Source of the DNA: the human T2T-CHM13v2.0 reference genome, Homo sapiens
Length of the DNA stretch: 64,000 bases
Direction: 5' to 3' (one strand)
Assembly: GCF_009914755.1 (NCBI RefSeq)
Contig: NC_060926.1
Of this stretch, positions 21,186 to 43,107 are shown piece by piece (positions within the stretch are counted from its first letter, which is position 1; every line of letters begins with the position of its first letter). The notes beneath the pieces were generated by a model. It worked only from the letters and a program-made list of their open reading frames with translations. It was not told the DNA's origin and did not search any database. The position numbers and the translations under genes were made by a program.

Positions 21186-21838
21186 CTAAAAGAGACCACA
21201 TATGACTGTTACTTTGAAATATTAATTTCAACATGTTTGGTAAATGTTAAAGAATCAGATTACTAGTGTGGGGATTTTTGTAAACTGAAAAGTCTGCTGG
21301 AAGAGTATTTGCCTAGATCTCTCTTACACTATTCTCCTTCAATCCTGATAATATGGTGTAAAGGTAGGGAGCTGTCTGTCAATATAAATGGTTAGTTTTC
21401 ATTCATTTTGATGGGTTCTGACATTCTTATCCATCTGAAAATATGATCTATACCTTTTAAGATCTGACAGTTTAGGTCTTAAATAAAATAAATTGATCCT
21501 TTTAAGGAATGTGCTCTAATAATTTTATTCCCAAAATAGCTTAACAATTAGGAATGCAGACTCTGAAGTCAGACTTAGTTAAAATTCATTTTCTGACATT
21601 TACTAGCTATGACCTGGGCAAGTAATGTGGCCTCTGTGTCTCTAGTCCTTCATAGATGTTATTCTCATAACATCCCAAATGGTGTTATGAGAATTAAGTG
21701 AGATAATGCATACAAAGCCCTTTAAATATAATGCAAGACACAGAGTAAGCACTTAATGCAAAGTAGCTATTATTTCAGTAGCTAAGTTTCCAACTACTGC
21801 AAGCATGCTCTTAACTTATTTAGGGATAGAAATGATTA

Positions 21839-22087
<249 letters not shown>

Positions 22088-22880
22088 TTAATTAAATACC
22101 ATATTGTCAAAATGATAACTACTTTTTTATTTTGTAGCTGAGTGTAAAGAGACAAATCAAGAGCTTAGAATAATCTCACTCTTGTGTAACTGGGATAACA
22201 ATATCTACATCTTAAAAGGGTGTTGAAAATTAAGAAACAACATATATAAATATGCTTTTAAATAAAGTAGGGTTTTTTGTTTTGTTTTTTCTTAAAAGAG
22301 ACAAGGTCTCACCTGGTCTGTCACCCAGGCTGGAGTGCAGTACAGTGTGGTGTGATCATAGCTCACTATAGCCTTGAACTCCTGGGCTCAAGCCAGCTCC
22401 CCACCTCAGCCTCCTGAGTAGCTAACACTACAGGTGACCACCAGGCTGGGCTAATTTTTAAATGTTTTGTAGAAACAGGATCTTACTATGTGGCCCAGGC
22501 TGATCTTGAACTCCCGGGGTCAAGCAATCCTCCCTCCTTGGCCTCCCACAGTGCTAGGAACACAGGTGTGAGCCACCGCATCCAGTCCAATAGAGTACAT
22601 TTTTCAATAACTGTAGCTATTATAATTTTAAATATAGGCAACTTAAATCAATAGACTTGAATATAAATACTTGGCCAAGTTTTGGATAGAGAAATTTCTC
22701 TATTCGTCTCATCTAGTTTTTTGGCTATTTTTGGCTATTTGGCTCATCTAGTTTTTTGGATAAAAGGGTGGGAAAGACTTGCCCTCAAACTCTTATTAAT
22801 AAAGTTTTTTTCCTTCACTCTAATCAAAACCCTACCCTTATTTGGTAGTGTTACCTAATTTCAATTATTGCTACTATTAC

Positions 22881-22961
22881 CTCTCCAGTCCTACTAGCCT
22901 CTGGTCGAGATAACACTGATGCAGAAATTGGTCTGTATGCAACTCTGGATCCAGCTCGGAT
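22881..22961 (-). CDS. ATP5MC3: ATP5MC3 exon 3: IRAGSRVAYRPISASVLSRPEASRTGE (mitochondrial presequence)
   Basis: 81 nt, AG acceptor after a T tract, GTAATA donor, phase 0/0. Confidence 0.97.
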
Positions 22962-24137
22962 CTATTAATGAAAAAAAAATAAAGATTTCAATATTAAGAA
23001 AGAATACAGGTAAGACTTCAATGACTTTTCTGGTACCATGAATTCTAAAAAAGCAAGCAGTAAAAATGAATCAGAAACTTCTGAATTGACTCTTTGCTGT
23101 TTGGTCATTTTTAATACATAAGCAATTTTAATAAAGTTTCATGCTAATGAAATTGTAACGCTTGCTACCTTGAATAAAATTTCTAATAACAGTTACAAAG
23201 AGAGTAAGAACTGCTTTTGACATTTCCATTATTGTAGTGCCGTAAGTCAAGTCAGAAAAAAGCAATAAATACCACACGTTCTTTGGCAATTTTAAGTGGA
23301 CCAACAAGTATATTAGGAGCGTCACAATAAACATTTATCATTCAAAATAGCCCAGCAGTTAATAGCCCTGACCATTTCAAAGCTATTTCTATATGACCAT
23401 TAATCATAAAAAAAAATTTCTAAAAAAGGAACTTAAGCAATTCTACATCAGTTTAAGAATAATCTGTGAAATATCTGACCATAAGGACATATTCCAGTCC
23501 AACTTCTCTGCCCTTGAGTGTCCACTAAATTAAGGTCACAGAAAAACCCTTCCGAACCAAAACCTGATTCTCTAAGACAAATCCTCCAGATCTAGACCTC
23601 ACTTTAAGCCTGCAAAATTGTTATGAAAATAATACTCCAGAGGCAGGAAGAAAGACTTTGGGCTCGTTCCCCCACCACCTTCCTCCGCCCCCACACGGAA
23701 AGGCAAAGTCCCTCCCTCTGCAGCAACGAGTTTGACCTACAGACAGGCACTGGAAAGCGCTGCTGAGGTGAACTAGGCCTCAACGGCCCCCTACATCCTC
23801 TGCAGTACTCCAACCTTCGCGTCGACCCCAATCCAACAGAGAGGCTGAGAGAAGGTGGGGGAAAGGGCCACTCCTGGTCTAGGGACAAGAGAGTTTGACC
23901 TACACCGAGTGAGGCCTGACAGCTAGGCCTCGGCTGCTCTGCCTCGCCCTAGTGGCAAGGAGAGGGCTGAGATGCCCTAAGATTAGGAAGAAAACGGCAA
24001 TGGGTTAATAGGTAAGGAGAAAGCCGTTCCCGAGAGGGCGGTGTGCCCCGCCCGAAGGTTGCCCCATTCAACAACGTGGACGCTCTAGGCCAAAACGCCC
24101 ACCCCTCAATCCCCCCGACCCTGCCTGGGCTACGCAC

Positions 24138-24176
24138 CAGAGAGGGGGTGCAGGCGAGCTTGGCGCAGGCGAACAT
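24138..24176 (-). CDS. ATP5MC3: ATP synthase Fo subunit c3 precursor, first coding segment (exon 2): MFACAKLACTPSL
   Basis: ATG at 24176-24174, GT donor at 24137-24136. The four coding segments (39+81+194+115 = 429 nt) splice to an intact 142-aa protein plus TAA. Confidence 0.98.
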
Positions 24177-24438
24177 CTTACACTCTTCGGGACTGCGCGG
24201 CTGGAGATATTGGGTGACAGGCGACGTGGGCTCCTCTCCCGCTTCCTCTCTGCGGAGGAAAAGAGGCTTAAGGTCAAGTGCCCTCCAGGGGCCTGTTCTT
24301 CCCACCCAGGCTCCGCAGGCTCCCGTGCACGCCGTCAGCTTGGGCCCCGTGCCCAGTGAGGCGCCGGCACAATGAATGGGTCCCTACTGGGCGCCGCTCC
24401 GCCCTGGCCAGGCCGGGCTCCCTGTGCCCTCCACTTAC

Positions 24439-24495
24439 CTTCCCAGGAGGCGGCGGCGGCACGGGCTGCAGCAGAGGTCGAAGGAGTGGGACTCA
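24439..24495 (-). other. ATP5MC3: ATP5MC3 non-coding exon 1 (TSS approximate); exon 2 5'UTR part is 24177-24249
   Basis: Consensus donor AAG|GTAAGT at 24439/24438; acceptor ttcctccgcag| before 24249; lies in the CpG island. Confidence 0.85.
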
Positions 24496-26619
24496 ATGCG
24501 CAAGCGCGGTCCGGCTCTTATTCGCGCCGCAGCACCCGGATGAAGAAGGCGGGGTTTCGGGTGCACCAAGGAAGACACTCAAGGTCACTTTGTAACAACT
24601 TTATTGGCAACTAGCCGGGAAGGACAACGACAACCACCTGGTGATGGGGCAAGAGGGAGACAAAAAGAAAAACTGTAGATTCACCCCGGCAGAGAGGACT
24701 AAACAGATTGACTTTTGATATGAGTTGGCTGCAGGATAGTGGGCCTTTTTCTTCACGTTGGCACCTTGTAAGATTTGGCCTTTTATCAGTTGCTGCTTCT
24801 CTGTAGTAGAAGTTGACTTGCTGGTCATTCTCTTCCTCTGTGAAATAGGACTGTGGCTGGCGGGAGGAAAGAAGGGTCATTCACTACTTAACAGGAAACT
24901 AGGGTCCCCAGCAAAGAGAAGATATTTATTTCAAGGAACCTGGAAAATGGTTCCAGAAGTATGGCTAATCCTTCAGGTGAAAGAGGGCCTGACCTAGAAG
25001 TACTGGTGGAGCCATAAGCAAATGAGTAGATCTAAGAGCTTTGTCATCTGGGGCACAAAATTGCCTCTGGGTAAAGTGAGGGTGCTCGACTTTTCTTCTA
25101 GCTCTAAGATTGGAAGATTTAAGGGATTGTATTTCATGTAGGGTTTGAGACTAAAAAAAGTCTTAAAAAAAGTCTGAGTATTCTCAGAACGTACTCAATT
25201 TTAACACCTGTTTTTGTTAAGTTTGGACAAATTATCTTCTTCAGAGGGATGCAGAAATATCTCAGAAAAATGGCTCTGACTGAACTTCTGGTCTTTTTAG
25301 ATCCTTGAATTATGTAAATTTAATTTAGTAATTCTAACAAATGGCTAATGGAAGTGATATCAACACGTCAACATAAACGATTAAACATCTAGAATGCCCT
25401 GCTAAGAAGATGGCTGGGGACTGAACTCCAGCCCACTCTGCCTAGAGCCCTAGCATGAGACAACATCAACCCAGAGGATCAGCTTTTTACTTGTTAGCTT
25501 AAAGGTGCAATATTATCTAGCAGCAACGCTGGTTGCTGCTAGTTCTGGGAGAAGCCCTCAGAACTAACACTTGAAAAATGAATAAGACTTTGTCACTAAT
25601 CCAACTTCAAATGGATCAAATGATTCAAAATTACAAAAATACTAATCATTTTAGGCTCAATCTTTAGCTGGAAAATAGAGATAATTCACGTGTACTGTTC
25701 AACAAGCAATTATTCATATAGTTTCTCAAGTACTCAATTCTAACCAAGAACATGGTGTCCTGTGGTGTCTACAGTAGAATAAACAGTAAAGCCTTGTACT
25801 TCAATAATAGATCCTCCAGGGGAAAAAATTATTCTAAGTGGATTTATGTGTAGAGATGGTTTTAAGTGATGTTCCTATCTCTTTAGCACTAAATCAGTGG
25901 CAGTAACTATTGAGGAGGAAGCAAGAAAGAAGCCAAGATCCACAGTGGCTGCTTCCAAGTGGCATATGGACTAGTTGCTTGTGGCAGGGAGAGACATGGG
26001 TTCCGAAATCCAGTCTGTTCTTTGGAGGGGCCTGACCATGGCTGTGACTCCACGGTGCTATTCTAGATAGATTAATTCAGACTTTGCTTGGTTTTGCATC
26101 CTAAGATTGCGTTATAGAAAGAGGAGAATGAAGGCCAGGCACGGTGGTTCACGCCTGTAATTCCGGCACTTGGGAGGCCAAGGCGGGCGGATCACAAGGC
26201 CAGGAGATGGAGACCATCCTGGCTAACACGGTGAAACCCCGTCTTTTTACTAAAAATACAAAAAATTAGCCAAGCGTTGTGGCAGGTGCCTGTAGTCCCA
26301 GCTACTCAGGAGGCTAAGTCAGGAGAATGGCGTGAACCTGGGAGTCAGAGGTTGCCGTGAGCCAAGATCACGCCACTGCACTCCAGCCTGGGTGACAGAG
26401 CGAGACTCCATCTCAAAAAAACAAAAACAAAAAAAAAAAGAAAAGAAAAAGAGGAGTGAATTGGAGTAACACCAACCCATGTTGATGTTGATTGAGGGTG
26501 GATATTTGCACTGAGGAAGATTGAAGAAAAAAAGTACCTTCTGAGAGGACTAAAGTGAGGCCATAAAGATGAACAGGGACCTCCCTGAGAAGTATCTAAT
26601 CTTTTCTGTGTTTTTTCAT

Positions 26620-27520
<901 letters not shown>

Positions 27521-29354
27521 ATACATAACTAAAACAGGAAACATTGTCTGCTAAATATTCACTACTTCTTTGAGATCTACGTGGAGGTAGCAGCATCTCT
27601 TTTTTTTGAGACAAGGTCTTGCTCTGTCATCCAGACTGGAGTGCAGTGTTGCGACTATAGCTCACTGCAGCTTTGACCTCCTGGGCTTAAGCAATCCTCC
27701 CATCTCAGCCTTCTGAGTAGCTGGGACTACAGGCATGCACCACCACACCTGCTAATTTTTAAATTTTTTATAGAGCCACAGTCTCCCTGTGTTGCCCAGG
27801 CTGGTCTCCAACTCCTAGGCTTAAACGATCCATCTCAGCCTCCCAAAGAGCTGGGATTACAGGAACGAGCCACCACATCCATCTGGTAGCAGCATCTTAA
27901 AATGGGGAATTTCAGTTTAAAATTCCAAGTGTAGCTCATAGCAAACCAGATAGAAAGAAGCCCAGGTCTTGGTTACTAACTCCCTTTCCTTGAAGTATTG
28001 AGGTGGAGTAGGATTGTCATCATTAACTTTAGTAAGGTAATTCTAACTGACCACATGGAAAGATATTTAAATTATCTACTTTTGAACATTTTAGGCCAGG
28101 CACGCTCACTCAGGCCTGTAATACCCGCACTTTGGGAGGTCAAGGTGGGTGGATCACTTGAGTTTAGGAGTTTGAGACCAGCCTGGCAACATAGCAAAAC
28201 CCCATCTCTACAAAAAATACAAAAATTAGCTGGGCATGATGGTGTACACCTGTAGTCCCAGCTACTTGGGAGGCTGGGGCAGGAGGATCCCTTGAGCCTG
28301 GGAGGTGGAGGTTGCAGTGAGACAAGATTATACCACTGTACTCCAGACTGGGTGATGTAAATGAAACCCTGTCTTAAAAATTTTTTTTTTAAATGTTAAT
28401 AGCCTGCAAAAGTTTCACCAGCCTTCTCATGCTGGTGTGAGAAAAAAAAATTGTTGAAAATCAGAAATATAAGTTTAAAATATTCTGGGGCCTGTTATTA
28501 TATTTAGTTTTTCTTATAAAAGCTTTTGTGTCTTATTATTGGCTTTAATTTGTTATCAATTTCTCTTTGAAAAAAAAACCTCTGAACCTGCAACTAGTTT
28601 TACAGGACATTCAATTGAGGTTAGCTCAAATAAATACTATGCCCTTTCTTTGAACATTGTGAGGACACAGGGAAAAGGTAAGAGTTTGCAATATAATTGG
28701 GGCATATGAGAAATTGGACTGACTTATATAAAAAATTAGAGAAAAATACAAATTAGTACACATTCCAGGACAAAGTTGTGTGATGCACTAAGGGAAATCG
28801 CATTAGAAAAGAGATTGTCCTGGTCAGAAAGTAGCTTACTGAAGAGAAACTTGAGCTAGGACTTGAAAGATGGCATGATTTGGATAGAAAAAATTTCTAG
28901 GTATCTCTTAAATAGATCCTAACACTCCCAGATCTATCAACTGCCTACACTGCTAATCAATTTCTAGTGTAGAAAATTTTGTGCTTAAATTTCATTTTTG
29001 ACTGTTCTACAAATTATTTAACCACTTTAATGACATCTAGTATACTGGACTAGAATATTTACTAAATGGGCCACAAATAATTTAGTAAGAAACAAAAAGT
29101 AAATGTATGTCTCCATGTCCTCTTTAGGTCTAGGCTAAACTTTATAAAAGAGTTACATGAAAACAATGTCATAATAAAATAAATGTTATTCTGTCCTTCT
29201 TTTCTGGTAAGATATGCTAGTTATTGAGGATAAAACAATTGTATGTCATAGTGTATAATTAATATAAAAGACTACTTACATGAAAAGAAAATGAACAAGT
29301 ATGTGGAAATGAAATCAAATCCCTCTGCTAATTCTTGCCCATCTCAAATGTAAG

Positions 29355-30530
29355 TAATTTCCTAATTTTTCAATTTGTGGCAGACACAGCTACTTGCCTA
29401 TCCAATATCCATTCTCTCCTTTTTTTCTTACTTACAGAGATCTGTCCCCAGTTAAAAAAATGCTGAGCTTCTCAGATTCTCTTATGATTAGGAATGGTCA
29501 ATGACATGTGAGTTGAAGTTACTCCATGAAGCCCCTAAGAATGTGCAGAAAAGGGATTGATTCAAATGGATCATTCTTTCTTTTCCATTACCTTTTTTTT
29601 TTCCTTCCTGGAATACAGATCTAATGTCTAGATGGGAGGCAGCAATATTGCAACTACAAGAACAAAAGTCACACGTTAAGGATGGAGAATCTGGAAAGTA
29701 GGAACCTGAATTTTTCACTTTTTTTTTTGGAGTATCAGCCCTTAATTGCCTATTTATGGAGTTCATGTCACATGAAAAAAATAAATCTCTGTTTGGTTAA
29801 GTCACTGAGGTCAGTTTCTGTTATATTCAGCTAAACACAACCCTAACTAGCAGATAATTTTATAGACTTACGTCTCTGAAGATCTTTGGCCTTTGGGCTG
29901 TGTTTACAGCTGAAGTGACCATTCTCCCCCCAAATTTACATTAACTTACATCTGTCTTTTCTTCCTTATTTGATGGTATGTCTGCTAGGGACCAATCAGG
30001 AGACAAAAAACATACCTGTAATTTGAATAGGGAAAATTTAACATAAAAAAAAACATTAACCAGTGAAAGATGCCTAAAAGGAGTAGAGTGGACTCTAAGG
30101 GGTCTAGTAGTAGTCCTGTAGGCACAGCTACTAACCTTGGCTGAAAAAGAATGTACAACAAGAAAGAAGCTGAGAAATTTAGAGGGGAGTGTGTGGCTGC
30201 CACAGGAATGTGCAGTCCACCTATGCTGAAGAAACTTGCTGGAGGCATAGGCTGTAACTGAACTGTGAGGACTGTAGAGGTGAATACTACCAGGCCCCGC
30301 CTGCAAACCAATCCACTGGCTCCACACAAAAAAGTCTACCAGAAGAAGAATGTCAAGTTCTTTCCTCCTGCTTTGGCCTCCTAGTGTCTCCCCATCACCC
30401 TCTATTGGCAGAACCTATAATTTTACCATTGCCAAAGCAGAAATGCTTACAGGGTCCAGCTCCAGAATAACAAAGCAAGGGAAAAAAGGGTGGATTTCTA
30501 GCTGAGAAGTCATAAGTTAATAACTAGCAC
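29355..30530. mobile_element. Old MLT1J-like LTR (~29355-29850) and ERVL-like LTR (~29980-30530)
   Basis: Degenerate LTR-like termini; subfamily uncertain. Confidence 0.5.
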
Positions 30531-30662
30531 AGATAGTAAGATTCTCAAGGGCAGGGATTATGTCTAAGGCATGCTGTGTCCTTCACAGCACCTAACAGAG
30601 TGTTAAACATAGTAGTCACTCAATAAATGTTTGCTCAATAATAAATAGTATGTATGAAATAA

Positions 30663-32416
<1,754 letters not shown>

Positions 32417-32490
32417 TAATTATTCTTCTCTTTTAGCTAAGGTATGTGTCTCTTGAGAAAAATTAGGATGACCTCTAGTATTTCTTCTGA

Positions 32491-35666
<3,176 letters not shown>

Positions 35667-37845
35667 AGTTCCTTCATGATCCTAAATATAAAATAAATTA
35701 TGTAAAAAAAAAGGAATAGAAGCTGGACTTCTTTGAGTGTACTTTGCTTTGTGGATTTGAATTTGGAACCATGCAAACCATATGAGAAGTAAAATTTTTA
35801 AAAATTTCTAAAAATTAAAAATTAACGGAACAAATGAATTTAACTCTGCATAGCTGGTAGCATGATTACACAGAGTAAATAGAAAGAGTTTCTATTAAGG
35901 GATAAAAAGGCAAGTCCTTGCTCATTCTGCTTCACACATACTGGCCTCCTTGCTGTTCCTGAATCATGTGAACTACACTCCACCTCACAATGCTGTATGT
36001 TTTGTTCTTTCAGCTCGTAATACGTTTCCCCTGGATATTCACCTGTCTCTCACTTTCACTTTCTTCAGGTCTTTGCTCAAATGTCACCTCTTAAGAGAGG
36101 GCTTCCCAAATCCTTTACCTATCTTTATATTTCTTCAGAGCTCTTCTTGCTACCTAGTGTCATGTATTGATCATTAGTTTGTTTGGCTCTTGTATTAGAC
36201 TATAAATCTATGAGGACAGGGACTTTGTTTTTTTCTTTTTCTTCTTTTTTTTTGAGATGGAATCTTGCTCTGTCACCCAGGCTGGAGTGCTGTGGCATGA
36301 TCTCAGCTCACTGCAACCTCTGCCTCCTGGATTCAAGTGATTCTCGTGTCTCAGCCTCCTGAGTAGCTGGGATTACAGATGTGTGCCACCACGTCCAGCT
36401 ACTTTTTTTTTTTTTTTTTTTTTTAGTAGAGATGGGGTTTCACCATGTTGGCTAGGCTGTCTCAGGTGATCCACTCACCTCGGCCCCCCAAAGTGCTGGG
36501 ATTACAGGTGTGAGCCACCGCATCCAGCCAACTTTGTTTTTTTCATTGCTGTATTCACATAGTCTAGAACATGCTTAGCTGATTAAGAGGCACTCAATGA
36601 ATTTTTGAGAAATGGGGTTGGAGAAGGAAAGGATAAACTGTTAACTTTTTCTTTGTACATCTCTGTATTATTTGATATGTTACAATAAACATGAATTACT
36701 TTAAAAATTAAAAAAATGTGTTAGGAATGTTTTAATAATTCACAATAATTAATAAAATATATTATTCCTTCTGTGTGTTTGCATTAATTAAACCAAAGGG
36801 AAGCGTGGCTAAATGTTGAATTTCAGTTCTTGGTGATAGACTTGGGTGTACTTTTAGTCTATAGCCCTACCCAATACTCTTCAAATTATATTCTAGCTCT
36901 AATCTATCTATGGCTAGGCTATCCTTGTTTTAAAGCATTGTGTGTGTGTAGTGTGTGAGTGTGTGTGTACCTTTCTATCTATATATTGGCTATAGTTTCT
37001 TATATGTGATAGGAAGATGTTATGTGAATTTTGGCTATTTTTAAATAAAATCAATTGCAAGTATAAGTCCTCATTCTCCTTCAAGAAGTCAAATTCATCT
37101 ATATTTAATGAACCCAGATATTCAAATTTTGGTTAAGAGATAGGAAATTTCACAACAATAACAAAATGTTTCAAAGCACTTCTACGTATCAAAATTTTCT
37201 GCTACTGTATTCCCAGTGAGGTCTGTAAGGGTTGTATTCCTAGTCAATTCCTTGTATCAATTACAGAATTCTAGGGTTTGCATGTGGTACAAGTGCATCA
37301 TGCTGAGTATGCTTCATTTTCTCTCCATTTTTGGATTATCATGGTCCTATGGAGGAATAACAGGGTTACACAGAACTAGTCATACTTTTCTCAGCCACCT
37401 TTTCCCATTACTGATTTCAATCATTTATTCCATTAGATGATTAGTTTCAGACTTTTCCTTACCCATCTTGCCCTTCTAAAAATTTCTGATCTCTGGACTT
37501 TGAAAATTAGGTTAGTTTCCTATGCCAGGTCCCCAAGCCAGGGAACTTGGCTTAAAGTAGTGATCGCTATATAATAATTTTAAGCGGAGTATGATGTTCA
37601 GAGGCAAAACATCAAGGAGACACATTCTACAAAATGGGGTCTGTAAGTGGTAGCATCAGGATTTGTTCATGGATTGAATTACAGTGCTTGTTAAAATTGC
37701 TTTCATTGATTTGAACTAGAGGATAGCTAAACAAAAGATGCACGTTTTAAATTAAAAACTTGTATTTGAACTTGAAGTAGAAAACATGGTCTGACAAACA
37801 CCCATGATCAATAACTACAGAAAAACAAAGCAGAGAACACAGTAG

Positions 37846-38070
<225 letters not shown>

Positions 38071-38820
38071 TAGCCTTAAAGAACCAGTAAAACTTTTTTA
38101 AGGCTTCTGTTCTATTTTAGCTTAGAAAAAACTTCAAATCTTTAAAAAAATTATGCAATGTTTATATTACATTCTATTGTGTATCTGATTGAGATAATTT
38201 AAAATACTTTAAATTACCAATTAAATTACTGAATTCTCTGCCCTATTCTCCAGTAAAACTGATGTGCTAGGAGATAGGTCCTGCTTTCTTATGGTTTTGC
38301 TCACATCCTATCCCACCATTGCATACCTCAAGAGTGCAAGAATCTCAGATTTAGGTGGAGGGATTTGTTGTCAGACTTTCCTCTTTCTATCTGCTCATCC
38401 CATGGTCTCTGGCTAATAGAGGGTACATAATCTACAACAATACAGACAGCAGGTAAATTGTCCATCTTTCTGGAAACTTTACTAGACTATAGCAAACTGT
38501 GTACAAATTCTTATCTTAAGATCCTAGCAATTTTAACTTCTCAAGAGTTAACCTTAGTCAAATTTTTCCCCACCCTATTTCCTCACTATTTTTTTAACCT
38601 CTTGGCTCAGAACATCCAATTCATGCTTTTTTGTACCACACTCTTATTTTTGGTCAGTATCAGCTAACATCCGATCACACAGCATGCTGAGAGCTCTGGG
38701 GAATGAACTGGGAAAAGAAACGAGGTATAAGGAGTTCAGGGTAAATTCAGGGACTAAAGTGATAACTGCTTCCCCCATAGAAAGACTGTGACTTCTTTAG
38801 ATAAATACTTTGGAGCGCGC

Positions 38821-39354
38821 TTTTGGTAGGCAGAATGGTTCCCCACTACCACAAAAAATATCCATGTCCTAATCCCCAGAACCTTGGAATGTGTTACCTC
38901 ACATGGCCAAAGAGACTGTGCAGATGTGATTAAACTAAGGATTTTGAGGCAAGGCGATTTGCCTGGATTATCTGGATGGGCATGATGTAATCACAAGGGC
39001 CCTTATAAAGTTAAAGAGGGAGGCTGGAGGTCCAGAATCAGAGAAGGAGCTGTGATGATGGCAGAATTAGAGTGGTGCCGCATGAGGAAGACTCCACTAG
39101 CTGTCACTGGCTTTGAAGATATGGAAGGAGGCCACCCGCCAAGGAATGCGGGCAGCCTCCAGAATCTGGAAAGGAAGGGCAGTGAGTTCTGTGGAGCCTC
39201 TAGAAGGAATGCAGTGCTGGCAACACCTTGATTTTAGCCTGCTGGGACCCATTTTAGACTTCTGACCTCCAGAACTGTAAGGTAATAAATTTATGTTGTT
39301 TTAAGCCAACAAGTCTGTAGTAATTTGTTACAGCAGTAGAAGGAAACTAATACA
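38821..39354 (+). mobile_element. MLT1C/D MaLR LTR
   Basis: Typical MLT1 termini (ggtaggcagaat ... gtaatttgttacagcagtagaaggaaactaataca). Confidence 0.85.
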
Positions 39355-39771
39355 GTAGTCAAACTTTTGTCTGATTCTAGACATGGGTCATTAATCTGGG
39401 AGGACAAACGAAGGAGAGTGGATGCAGCCTTGATTTTGGAATTCAGGCAGCTGAGGTGGACTTTGTTATAAGGGATAGGTCATTTTAGTGCAAGGTCAGG
39501 GATATGAGCAGCAGGGCTGTGCCCTGACAAAATGTTGATAGGATCTACAAAAGCATAGTAGGTATACTAGCCAGTGGGTTGGGTCATAGGACCAAGCTTA
39601 TTCTGGGCACCCAAAATTTGGGAAAATAGGAAAAAAAAAAACACATACCCAAGAAACGGACAGAAGTGTACAAGAAGAGAAGGCTGATACCTCTAGGCAG
39701 GTAGAAACAGGAAGCTGGTACGTAATAGTGCTGCTGAAATGCTCTTGAGCATAAAGCTACACAACACTTTA

Positions 39772-40011
<240 letters not shown>

Positions 40012-40047
40012 TTAGGTTAGAAAACCCTGCAGGAACAGGGCAGCTAG

Positions 40048-40525
<478 letters not shown>

Positions 40526-40824
40526 TAGGGGTCCTGTCCAGTGTTACTGGGGAACAAGTCTAGACACATTCCTTTATTTTCTTCCCCCACTGAAACCATT
40601 CTATTTACACTAATATCTTACTGGTGTTAATCTACTCTTATTTAATCCACTTGTCTTCATCTCCTCTCTTTAGATTCTTGTGTCTCATTCATTCATTCAA
40701 CAAGCATTTTATTTATTTATTACATGCAATTGTTAGACTGCTTTCTTAAGATATTTATTTGGGCCGGGCATGGTGGCTCACGCCTGTAATCCCAGCACTT
40801 TGGGAGGCCGAGGCGGGCGGATCA

Positions 40825-41166
<342 letters not shown>

Positions 41167-42264
41167 TTATTGAAACCCTCTGATTTGGCCAAAATGGCCC
41201 AGTTCCCATCCTCTAGACACCCATTGCATAAGAACTTCTTTGTAACTCTGACTGCTTTGCTGTAGTAAAGTTCAGAGACCTCTGAGTCTTCAGTTATCTC
41301 TTTCATATATTAGCAAAATATAACCTACCCAAACACAGCTGAAGATTAAAAATATAATAAATTGTGGGGAATGGTAGGGGAAGGTTGAGAATTAAGACCA
41401 AGTCTTCTTTACTGTCCCTATTTGCTATTGCTGCTGCCAAATTATCTGGACAAACAGCATTACCCTTGAGATCTGCTAATTCCTTCTCACGCTCAACTCT
41501 TCTGCCTCAGAGTTTTTATTTAATTTGGATCTCTATCCTGCCGAAATATTGACTCTTGGCCTACTTGTCCTGTGCTTTCACATCTGACCAACTTTCTCTT
41601 AAAACCAAGAGCAAAACAATCCTTTTATAATTATATAAGAAATGCAGGAATATGAGCTCGTAAGTAATCTAAACAATATGAATTACGTAGAGCAAAAACC
41701 ATAGCTCTTGCACAGCCTACTCCCCAGTGTTGTTTTCCTTCCCAGAAGTAATCATTATTAACAGTTTAATGTGTATCTTTCCAGATATTTTACTATGTTT
41801 TTATGTGGAAATATATGAATATGGTTTTAATTTTCTTAAATAAAAACTGATACCTTCTTTTCAATAAATGATGCTAGGAAAACTGAATATCTACATGCAA
41901 AATTATGAAGTTGGACCCTTACCTTATACCACATGCAAAAATAACTCAAAATGCATCAAAGATCTAAATGTAAGGTCTAAAACTACAAAACTCTCAGAAG
42001 AACACATAGGAGAAAATTTTCATGACATTAAATTCGGTGATAATTTCTTGGATATGACACCAAAATCACAGACAACAACAACAAATAGATAGATTGGACT
42101 TTAGCAGTATTAAAATTTCTATACATCAAAGGTTACTCTTAAGAGAGTGAAAAGACAACACACAGAATGGTGAAAAATATTTATATATCTGATAAAGTTA
42201 AAACACCCAGAATATGTAAAGCATTCTGACAACTCAACAACAAGAACCAAAACAACCCAATTTA

Positions 42265-43107
<843 letters not shown>

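Larger units (their letters stand above)
23680..24630. promoter_or_regulatory. ATP5MC3 CpG island / promoter with ERR site TCAAGGTCA (24579-24587), NRF1-like TGCGCAAGCGCG (24497-24508), ETS-like CCGGATG and GC box
   Basis: CpG-dense; motifs read directly and typical of nuclear OXPHOS gene promoters. Confidence 0.85.

Noticed and set aside
21045-21266. Plus-strand 73-aa ORF
   Set aside because: Antisense shadow of ATP5MC3 exon 5.
22706-22762. Short slippage duplications (also ~43908-44015 and ~54910-54941)
   Set aside because: Common low-complexity micro-duplications with no sign of function.
23604-24997. Multiple ORFs around the ATP5MC3 promoter
   Set aside because: CpG-island artefacts; only 24138-24176 is supported by the splice structure.
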